Positions 9,227 through 17,029 of a stretch of 64,000 nt of DNA are shown in pieces. Source of the stretch: Nitrosomonadaceae bacterium (GTDB lineage Bacteria; Pseudomonadota; Gammaproteobacteria; Burkholderiales; Nitrosomonadaceae); the NCBI GenBank assembly GCA_036477105.1, contig JAZGCR010000202.1, forward strand, positions 33-64,032. The letters run 5' to 3'. A model generated the notes under the pieces. That model did no database searches and was not told the origin of the DNA. It saw only the letters and a list, made by a program, of their open reading frames with translations. The first letter of the stretch is position 1. Every line of letters starts with the position of its first letter. The translations under genes and the position numbers were made by a program.

Positions 9227-12200
9227 TTGATAATGACTGTTAATTTAACAACAGACGCTGTACTCGGTTCGAGAAGTATTGTCCCTGTCGACGATGTTAT
9301 TGTTGACTTGCCTTTAATGTCTAGTTTGCGTGGTACCGTTGATGGAGATCCCACATTTAACCGCGCTACCATCGCCACAGTAATAGATTTCGAAGGATTG
9401 GTTAAAACAGTAGAAATCGGAGAGTCCAGGTTCCAGGGTGCACGACGAGTGGCGAATCTGATAGATACGAGCTCCGTTACCCTGGCGGTATCGTCCGCTA
9501 ACACTATGACGTTGGGCGCCGGGGATTATATATTCTCGATGGGCGCCGGTGGAGGTACAGCAACATTCAGCGGAACAGGTGGTGCAACGGGTACACTGGT
9601 CGCGGATGCGTTCAACCGTACTGCGGTCGATAAAACCATAACGGCAGGTACGCTTATTGTAACGGCATCCGTCGAGGCGCTTGTAGACCTGCAAGTCGAG
9701 TTAGTCACCGGCCAGTCCATACAAAGGCCATCCGAGCCAGTCTCTGTGGGTGTAGAATCACCTCCGTTCCATGGGGCAGCGGTCGATGGTGTCCGGTATT
9801 TGGAGACACTGAACGGCAATACGGTAGCCAACAATATAGTCACCCAGGCAACAGGTATCACGATCTCGGCTGGTGGTAAGTTCGCTGTACTCCCAGGGGC
9901 TGTGGGTGATTTCTTTTACACCCCTGATAGCGTAGCCCTGAGTATTGAGGGCAATATCGATATTCGAGCGGATGTTATGCTATTCGATTGGACTCCCGCT
10001 GTCGGTACAAAGATTGTCGCCAAAGGATCGGCCAGCGGTCAGTACTCCTACTGGTTGGAGGGTCGGTTTACCGGGGGTGTCAGGCTTGTAACAACCGCTA
10101 ATGGAGTGACTGAATTGGTCGCTCAATCTGCGGATTTAGGCTTTGTTGATGGTTCTAGACATTTGATCAGAGCCGACCTGCTTGTTAATGATGGGGCTGG
10201 CAATCGTATTACTACCTTTTACACTTCCGACGATAACGGCATTACTTGGGATATAGTGGGGTCTCCTGTTGTCCAGGCTGGGGCCACCACTATTTTTAAT
10301 AGTACATCACCTGTGCAAATAGGAGCCTTTCACTTCCCCACATCCATCCACAACATGGACGGAACCGTTTATAAAGCACAGATTCTCGATGGCATAGACG
10401 GCACGGTCGTGATGGACTTTAACCCTAATGATTCAGTAGACGGTGGAAACTGGGTTGGTGTGGATACAGGGGAGGACTGGATGATTAACAGCAATGCATC
10501 AGTCTTCATAGGTCAGTGGGATGATAGTGGGCCCTTTGGCTATTTGGGGGAGGCTGTGCGGACGAATTTGATACTAAATTCCGCGAGTATGTCCACCCAG
10601 GCTATAACCACAACGGCGGCGCAACGCGCACTATCATTTACAGGTACGGGCACCCTTACATTAACCGGCACGTCTACTGCTGGGCCCCTCGTGGGAACTG
10701 GTATTACAGATCGTGTATCTTTGATTTATACGCCAACGGCTGGCGCATTGACGCTCACCGTGTCCGGTACGGTGGAGATGGCACAGGATGAGTTGGGCTC
10801 TTTCGCATCATCCTGGATTCCCACAGAAGGATCGACCGTCACCCGTAATGCCGACCAGCTATTCTACCCAAGCTTAAATAATATAAGTGATACTGAAGGC
10901 ACAGCACTGGCCACAGTTGAGGCGACAGACTGGGCTAACGCCGCGGGTAATATCCTGGGGCAGCAGGTCGGAGACCTTCCGGGGGTGGTTGGAGATTATT
11001 TCAGTACACCGGACAGCGTTGCTAATTCTATCACTGGTGGTATTAGTCTCCGCCAAGTGACTACGCTAGCAAACTGGGCTACAGGAAACTTTCCGATATT
11101 TATTTGCAAGTTTGGAGCCTCCGGGTTTAGATCTTATTGCTTAGGAATGAATAACACTGGCTTTCTGAGTTTTATAATATCGGCTACTGGCACTGGGTTT
11201 ACTAACGTTTTTTCTACGAAGGTGGTGCCTTTTTCTGCAAATCAATTAGGGGGTGTACGTGGAGACTGGGATCCTGCGGATAACTTCGTTACCTTCTATA
11301 CTTCTGTGGATCTCGGACGCACATGGCAACAATTAGGCGACACGGTTCCCTTGGTTCTTTCCGGTATATTTGACTCTTCCGAGGAAGTAATAATCGGCCA
11401 CGACGGTAACCAGGTCGTAGCTGCTAATGTTTACTCTAGCCAGATCCTTAACGGTATAGATGGCCCGGTGGTTGTGGACTTTAACCCCAACGATTCAGAT
11501 GGCTCCAGCCCATTTACCAGCTTAACAACGGGGGAGGCCTGGACCTTCGTCGGTAACGCCTCCATCGTAGCCTCAGAGGCGCCTCTACTGGCTGATACAT
11601 CGAACTCTGGTATACAGTCATTCGATGGTACGAATACAGCCAGCGGGCCTGCTGGGACTCCCTCCGGCCTGGTTGACGTCTCTGTTAGCTGGGTATTGGC
11701 TTCTATGCAGGCATTTGCCGGGGGCATCGGAGGCGTCGTTAGCTCTTATGATGGGGCTTTTAGTTTGACCCAGCTCAATGTGGGGCAATCAGGATGGTTT
11801 GGCACTATTCGGGATCTAAAAATATTGGGTTCAGAATCTGCGATAAAATCACAAGTAGTTAAATGGGATATAAGTATCGATGAAACAGGCGATATTTTAA
11901 CGGCTGACTTCTTTGACACTTCTTTATTGGTGAGCATTTTTGCTGAAAAGAGAGCCAGTGAATCGGAGGTTCCAGACTCCAGATTGCGTCGTGGATGGAT
12001 TGGAAATGAATCATTTACAGACGGCTTTGAAATAGGGTCAAAAATCTGGTTGTTCGAGCAAGCCAGGCTCAATCGTGATACATTTAATGGTATTACATCT
12101 GCCGCCATCGATAGTCTTCAATGGCTATTAGACGATGGATTTGTACTTAATTTGGCAGTCGATACAGTTTTGATAAATGGAGAAGTGGCACTGCAAATTG

Positions 12201-12283
12201 ATATATTCAGACCTAATTCTAAAGTCGATAGACGATTTTTTAGTCTATGGGACGCAAGCGGCGTGACGAGTGTAGAGGGTTAA
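9227..12283 (+). CDS. giant baseplate wedge protein: N-terminal duplicated lectin/LamG-like region fused to a C-terminal Mu gp46 (gpW/gp25-like) domain
   Basis: 1018 aa. The last roughly 140 aa (WDISIDETGDILTADFFDTSLLVSIFAEKRA..RRGWIGNE..GSKIWLFEQARL..LQWLLDDGFV..IDIFRP) match the GP46 family pattern. There are two internal repeats, GDFFYTPDSVALSIEGNIDIR...ILDGIDGTVVMDFNPNDS and GDYFSTPDSVANSITGGISLR...ILNGIDGPVVVDFNPNDS. Confidence 0.75.
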   Translation: MIMTVNLTTDAVLGSRSIVPVDDVIVDLPLMSSLRGTVDGDPTFNRATIATVIDFEGLVKTVEIGESRFQGARRVANLIDTSSVTLAVSSANTMTLGAGDYIFSMGAGGGTATFSGTGGATGTLVADAFNRTAVDKTITAGTLIVTASVEALVDLQVELVTGQSIQRPSEPVSVGVESPPFHGAAVDGVRYLETLNGNTVANNIVTQATGITISAGGKFAVLPGAVGDFFYTPDSVALSIEGNIDIRADVMLFDWTPAVGTKIVAKGSASGQYSYWLEGRFTGGVRLVTTANGVTELVAQSADLGFVDGSRHLIRADLLVNDGAGNRITTFYTSDDNGITWDIVGSPVVQAGATTIFNSTSPVQIGAFHFPTSIHNMDGTVYKAQILDGIDGTVVMDFNPNDSVDGGNWVGVDTGEDWMINSNASVFIGQWDDSGPFGYLGEAVRTNLILNSASMSTQAITTTAAQRALSFTGTGTLTLTGTSTAGPLVGTGITDRVSLIYTPTAGALTLTVSGTVEMAQDELGSFASSWIPTEGSTVTRNADQLFYPSLNNISDTEGTALATVEATDWANAAGNILGQQVGDLPGVVGDYFSTPDSVANSITGGISLRQVTTLANWATGNFPIFICKFGASGFRSYCLGMNNTGFLSFIISATGTGFTNVFSTKVVPFSANQLGGVRGDWDPADNFVTFYTSVDLGRTWQQLGDTVPLVLSGIFDSSEEVIIGHDGNQVVAANVYSSQILNGIDGPVVVDFNPNDSDGSSPFTSLTTGEAWTFVGNASIVASEAPLLADTSNSGIQSFDGTNTASGPAGTPSGLVDVSVSWVLASMQAFAGGIGGVVSSYDGAFSLTQLNVGQSGWFGTIRDLKILGSESAIKSQVVKWDISIDETGDILTADFFDTSLLVSIFAEKRASESEVPDSRLRRGWIGNESFTDGFEIGSKIWLFEQARLNRDTFNGITSAAIDSLQWLLDDGFVLNLAVDTVLINGEVALQIDIFRPNSKVDRRFFSLWDASGVTSVEG

Positions 12284-12286
12284 ACC

Positions 12287-13603
12287 ATGGCTTTGGATTT
12301 ACCAGATAATGCTGATGAAGTTGTTCAGCGATCTAAAACAGATGTTCAGCGTGATCTTCCTGGATCTGATCCATTCCTTGACAATAGCTGGCTGGGTGCT
12401 CTAGTCACAGCGTTTGCCAATAGAATATTCGATTTTTACATTCAGCTTCAGCAGGCTATAAACCTTAATTTTCCCGATACTACAACCGGCGAATTTCTTG
12501 ATCGATGGGCTTCTATTTATGGTGTGCCACGAACGGCAGCGACGCAGTCGAGTGGCAATATTGTTGCAACCGGTACAGTATCGACACCAATACCAATATC
12601 GACTGGCTATCAATCAAGCAATGGTCTCAGCTATGCCACAACAGCTGCAGCCACGATTACCAGTCAAAGTCTATCCGTCACATCGATTGTTAGGGTGGGT
12701 AGTATTGCGACTGTCACGACAACTGTAGATCACAACATAGCGTCCAACGTGGCTGTCACCATATCCGGATCGGATCAAACCGAATATAACGGTGTGCAAG
12801 TCATTACTGTGACAGCTACCGATCAGTTTATATTTACAGTGATTGGAACTCCTGTCACACCGGCCACCGGTACCATTCTTGCTGGATTTGTAGCCGCTAG
12901 TGTGCCTGTTCAGAGTGTTGACTTTGAGACGGTTGGTCAAACGGTAAATCAATCACTTGATGCCCCTTTGACCCTGGGATCTCCAATAGCGGGTGTCGAC
13001 AATACTGCCAACGTAGACTTTGGCACATTGGGAGGAGGTGTCGCGCAAGAATCAGATACGGATTTACGGAATAGATTACTCAGCAGAATCCAAAATCCTG
13101 TGGCACATTTCAGTGTTGCTGATATTGAAAACCAGGCGAGACTTATAGCAGGCGTCACAAGAGTATTTGTTCAATCCATCACACCGGCAATAGGTCAGGT
13201 CACTATTTATTTCATGCGTGACAATGATTCAAATCCTATTCCTGATACTTCTGAAGTTGCAACGGTGAAAGCCAAAATACTTGAAATCAATCCTGCTAAT
13301 ACAGCCGAAGTGGATGTGATCGTTAGTGCACCAACACCAATATCAACAGCTTTTACTTTCACATCGATCACACCAGACACTATCACAATGGAAAATGCGA
13401 TAACGGCTACTTTAGGTCAATTTTTCGATGAATCCACTGTCGTCGGTGAAGATGTTGATGAGGATAAATATCGATCGGCCATTATTAGCACGATAGACAC
13501 CGAAACGGGTGATCAATTAGCAACCTTTACTTTGAGCACACCTTCAGGAGATATTTCCATCAGCGTAGGTCAAATAGCCACATTGGGCGTGGTAACCTTT
13601 TAA
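12287..13603 (+). CDS. baseplate J-like protein (Mu gp47 analogue) with inserted small beta module
   Basis: 438 aa. It carries the ..FPDTTTGEFLDRWASIYGVPRTAATQSSGNIVATG.. Baseplate_J pattern. An inserted segment IATVTTTVDHNIASNVAVTISGSDQTEYNGVQVITVTATDQFIFTV is also present. Confidence 0.8.
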   Translation: MALDLPDNADEVVQRSKTDVQRDLPGSDPFLDNSWLGALVTAFANRIFDFYIQLQQAINLNFPDTTTGEFLDRWASIYGVPRTAATQSSGNIVATGTVSTPIPISTGYQSSNGLSYATTAAATITSQSLSVTSIVRVGSIATVTTTVDHNIASNVAVTISGSDQTEYNGVQVITVTATDQFIFTVIGTPVTPATGTILAGFVAASVPVQSVDFETVGQTVNQSLDAPLTLGSPIAGVDNTANVDFGTLGGGVAQESDTDLRNRLLSRIQNPVAHFSVADIENQARLIAGVTRVFVQSITPAIGQVTIYFMRDNDSNPIPDTSEVATVKAKILEINPANTAEVDVIVSAPTPISTAFTFTSITPDTITMENAITATLGQFFDESTVVGEDVDEDKYRSAIISTIDTETGDQLATFTLSTPSGDISISVGQIATLGVVTF

Positions 13604-14532
13604 TGAGTGATTTAATTACAAGACACACCAAAACTGAAATGATTTCATCGTTGGCTGCTTATTTGCCTGGCGGTGAATTATTTGAGGCAGCCTTTATTCC
13701 TGGGACTAATTTCAATGCGTTGTTGGCTGGATTGTCAGGCGAATTATTACGTGCTGAAAATTTCATGTTTTTGTACAATAGTCAATTCATTCCAGATGAT
13801 ACCACTGTGTTCATTGAAGAGTGGGAATCCGCCTTAGCAATCCCCGATGATTGTTTCATCATTGATGAAAGCGATACTAACGAACAGCGTAGACTGAATA
13901 TCTTAGTAAAGTTGGCATCACTGGGTGTGCAAACCGTAGATGATTTCGAAAATTTAGCAGCGATATTAGGGTTCGCTGATGTCCAGGTCTTGCCCGGGGT
14001 GGGATCTGACGATGAGTCTATTCTCAATGGGTCTTTTGATACAGGAGCCAGTTGGACGCTTGGTACTGGTTGGACTATTTCTGGGGGTACCGCAAATAAA
14101 GCTTCTGGTGTCGCCAGTGACTTAGAACAAGACATCACTTCAGTAACGGGTGAATTGTATGTTGTTGGGTATGAAATATCGAATAGGACGGCAGGTTCCG
14201 TAACAGCGGATGTAGGAGGCACCGATGGGGATACGAACTCTGAAAACGGAACATTCGAAGAACTTATAGTGGGCGGCAGCTCAGATACTGATTTCAGAAT
14301 TCAGGCCGATGCAAACTTTGATGGGTCGATAGACAACGTGAGTGTGCGTGGATCAGAGGATACCGATCCGAGATTTACTATCGTGGTTATTTTTCCTTCA
14401 AGTGAAGCGGTAGAAAAATTTGCTTTGGATTTTCCGATACCCTTTGGAAATCCAGTGTTCGGAATATTGGTTTGTTTATTCACCAAGTTGAAGCCAGCAA
14501 ACTGCGATATTATATTCAAGAATTCTACATAG
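13603..14532 (+). CDS. baseplate/tail protein (Mu gp48, DUF2313-like) with central carbohydrate-binding-like insertion
   Basis: 309 aa. The N-terminal ..YLPGGELFEAAFIPGTNFNALLAGLSGELLRAENF.. is typical of gp48-type proteins. The central ILNGSFDTGASWTLGTGWTISGGTANKASG.. resembles CBM/galactose-binding-like jelly rolls. Confidence 0.65.
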   Translation: MSDLITRHTKTEMISSLAAYLPGGELFEAAFIPGTNFNALLAGLSGELLRAENFMFLYNSQFIPDDTTVFIEEWESALAIPDDCFIIDESDTNEQRRLNILVKLASLGVQTVDDFENLAAILGFADVQVLPGVGSDDESILNGSFDTGASWTLGTGWTISGGTANKASGVASDLEQDITSVTGELYVVGYEISNRTAGSVTADVGGTDGDTNSENGTFEELIVGGSSDTDFRIQADANFDGSIDNVSVRGSEDTDPRFTIVVIFPSSEAVEKFALDFPIPFGNPVFGILVCLFTKLKPANCDIIFKNST

Positions 14533-14582
14533 CCAATGGACATTGAATTTGTTCAAATTTTATTAATATAGTAGGTGATAAG

Positions 14583-15692
14583 ATGCTTGATTTTGGTACA
14601 AAAGTAGATAATGGAGTAGGTGCGGCGGGGATATTGACTGCAGTGGAATTCAATAATTATATTGATGAGTTGGAAAATGCGGTCACGAATACGGGACAGA
14701 CACTCGATGCCACTGGCACTGATGTCACTCAATTGTCAAAAGCGGCCTCTATTTATGCAGCTGGATCAGATTTTTATACTGCAACTGGCACTAATACTTA
14801 TGTCTTATCCACCGTTGGTAGTTTTCTCGCACCAGTTGCTTATTTTGATGGCATGCGAGTCCGTGCTGTCATCGGCAACGCCAATACAGGTGCTTCAACA
14901 GTCAATGTCGATAGCCTGGGTGCGAAAAATGTCTTTAATTCCGGAGCAGCGCTTAGCGGGGGTGAATTGGACGACAATGTTGAACTGGTTTTTGATAATG
15001 GCAATGATCGGTTTAATTTAATTAGAAGTGGTGACGATGGCACAGCCTTCAGTGGTGTGACGAGCGTTAGCGGTGGTACCAACATAAATGTGAGTGGCAC
15101 AGCCTCTGTACCCATTGTTAATTTGGATGCTGCCATTACTGGCACGAGTGTCAATGGCGTTAGTTTATCGACTGGCAGTGGCACCAATGCTTTTCTAAAT
15201 GGTGCGGGTAGTTATTCCACCAGTGTTGTGCAGACGATAACGGCAGGAACACTCATCACCAATACTGGCACCGCTCAAAATCCCACCCTGAATGTAGAAG
15301 GAGCTGAAGCGGGGACTTTCACCCCGACTTTGACTGCGACCAGTGGAAGTGGTACTTCTGTAAATTCTGGATCCTATACACGCATTGGCGATCTTGTTTA
15401 TATCAATATACGAATATTTCTCTCTGCGATCGGAAGCTTATCCGGCAGTTTAACTGTGGGAGCTCTTCCCTTTGATCTTGCGTCTGGTGATAATGACATT
15501 GGTGTATTTTGCCAGGATGGATCCGCTTTAAATATAACGTCCGGCACATCTATAACTGGTAGCCAAATCCTGTCAGGTAATGACTCATTCCCACTTATGA
15601 ATTGGGATCAAGGTACAGGGGTTAGCCCGTTGCAGGCCTCCGAACTTTCTAGTTCAGGCGACATTCAACTCACTGGGTTTTACAAAGCCTAG
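14583..15692 (+). CDS. tail fibre protein
   Basis: 369 aa, Gly/Thr/Ser-rich, placed after the baseplate genes. The N-terminus ..GILTAVEFNNYIDELENAV.. is common in short tail fibres. Confidence 0.65.
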   Translation: MLDFGTKVDNGVGAAGILTAVEFNNYIDELENAVTNTGQTLDATGTDVTQLSKAASIYAAGSDFYTATGTNTYVLSTVGSFLAPVAYFDGMRVRAVIGNANTGASTVNVDSLGAKNVFNSGAALSGGELDDNVELVFDNGNDRFNLIRSGDDGTAFSGVTSVSGGTNINVSGTASVPIVNLDAAITGTSVNGVSLSTGSGTNAFLNGAGSYSTSVVQTITAGTLITNTGTAQNPTLNVEGAEAGTFTPTLTATSGSGTSVNSGSYTRIGDLVYINIRIFLSAIGSLSGSLTVGALPFDLASGDNDIGVFCQDGSALNITSGTSITGSQILSGNDSFPLMNWDQGTGVSPLQASELSSSGDIQLTGFYKA

Positions 15693-15711
15693 CATTTATT
15701 GGAATATCATT

Positions 15712-16236
15712 ATGGCCATTATTTCTGTAGCTGACTGTGAAAGCACAAGTTTCCTGGTGCGGTTGGAAATTTCATCGTCTAATCGTTTTAATCTTTGCCA
15801 CGCGTTAGAAAAAAACCATGAGGGTAGATGTGTTTCTTCGGTGATTCATCGCGTGGGTTGCCAATTCGATAAGCTCAGTGATGTTATTTATGAGGTACCT
15901 AATTGGCTGTCAGAGTTGGCTGAAAATTTACCCGAGGTCGAAATGCCACCCGCAGAGGGGGAGTTTATAACGGAAGTGATAGAATCGATATATATAACAG
16001 TGGGATCATCAGTTGTTATGTTACGCCCAACTTTTTTCACATGGCTCGGTGGCGAAATAGTAAGTTCATCGCGGCAGCCAAAGCTGCGGATAGAGTTAGT
16101 GGTAGATATAACTGGAGAGAAACCAGAATTTGTGTGGCTTGATAATTTCAGTCTGCTTGAGACGGATGAAAGGGTGTTGGCTATTTTAAACAATATTCCT
16201 ACAACTGTTTTTGGTTTTAAAGACGTTAGCCTATAA
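15712..16236 (+). CDS. hypothetical protein (possible fibre-associated/assembly protein)
   Basis: 174-aa ORF immediately after the fibre gene; no motif recognised. Confidence 0.45.
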   Translation: MAIISVADCESTSFLVRLEISSSNRFNLCHALEKNHEGRCVSSVIHRVGCQFDKLSDVIYEVPNWLSELAENLPEVEMPPAEGEFITEVIESIYITVGSSVVMLRPTFFTWLGGEIVSSSRQPKLRIELVVDITGEKPEFVWLDNFSLLETDERVLAILNNIPTTVFGFKDVSL

Positions 16237-16254
16237 AATAATGGGGGTTGGTTC

Positions 16255-16590
16255 ATGAGTTTAGGTAATGAACAAAGATTGTTCACAAAGATGATTGGTC
16301 TATTAATTGAATGGGCTTATGAAAACGGTTATGAATTGACCTTTGGTGATGCTTTCCGAGATGCGAGAGTGTTTGGCGCTTCCGGTACCAAAGAAGGTTA
16401 TGGTCGTGCATCTTCAAACCACAAGCGACGACTGGCTGTTGATTTCAATTTATTCAAGGATGGCATCTATCTGAATAAAACAGAAGACCATCAGCCCCTG
16501 GGTGAGTACTGGGAATCACTGGGTGGTTCCTGGGGCGGCCGATTCGACGATGGTAACCATTACAGTCTTGAGTACCAAGGTCACCGTTAA
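16255..16590 (+). CDS. endolysin, peptidase M15 (VanY / L-alanyl-D-glutamate peptidase-like)
   Basis: 111 aa with ..SSNHKRRLAVDFNLF.. and ..GGSWGGRFDDGNHYSLE.. (H, D, H zinc ligand pattern of the M15 family). Confidence 0.75.
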   Translation: MSLGNEQRLFTKMIGLLIEWAYENGYELTFGDAFRDARVFGASGTKEGYGRASSNHKRRLAVDFNLFKDGIYLNKTEDHQPLGEYWESLGGSWGGRFDDGNHYSLEYQGHR

Positions 16591-16859
16591 GATAAGGCCC
16601 TGTCTAGGGCATTATCGATGACTGAATTCGCGTAATAGATAGCACCAGCTTCTGAGTCATCTGCTGTTGTGTAATACACAAAACCAGTTATATCTCCTTT
16701 TGGGTGTTCATGCATATTAAGGGGGGTTTCAGTAGCATTATCGTAGTCTTCATATAGCCTATAGTCTGCACAGAAGACCGTATAATATTTATTACCGGTG
16801 GGTGCCAGGCTTGTTCTAAACCGGAGCCTTATTCCTTTGTAATGATAGATGCGTTCCAT
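16587..16859 (-). CDS. hypothetical protein
   Basis: 90-aa ORF convergent with the endolysin gene; first gene of the cargo region; no motif recognised. Confidence 0.45.
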   Translation of the reverse strand: MERIYHYKGIRLRFRTSLAPTGNKYYTVFCADYRLYEDYDNATETPLNMHEHPKGDITGFVYYTTADDSEAGAIYYANSVIDNALDRALS

Positions 16860-17029
16860 GATTTTACAAATCTCGGGTATGTTATTTCAGCGTGGCACAT
16901 GTAACAGTAAAATTTTTACCAGTAATACTGATCCTCCAGCACCGCACAGTACGCTTAGTGATATCAAAAGTATATCAGCTTGTATGAAATTCTTAATGGC
17001 CTTTAATCTTTGAATTGATGTCATAATAT

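Noticed and set aside
9314-15187. Numerous 60-150-aa antisense and alternative-frame ORFs within tail and baseplate genes (for example 9526..9861, 11746..12108, 13782..14222, 14662..15021, 14840..15187)
   Set aside because: All are embedded in long, well-supported structural genes, lack RBSs and have repetitive Ser/Thr/Pro/Val composition mirroring the sense strand. They are treated as noise.
16590-16625. Bidirectional terminator between the endolysin and the convergent 90-aa ORF
   Set aside because: The GCCCT-GTCT-AGGGC stem is only 5 bp and lies inside the 3' end of the minus-strand ORF, so it is too weak to call.
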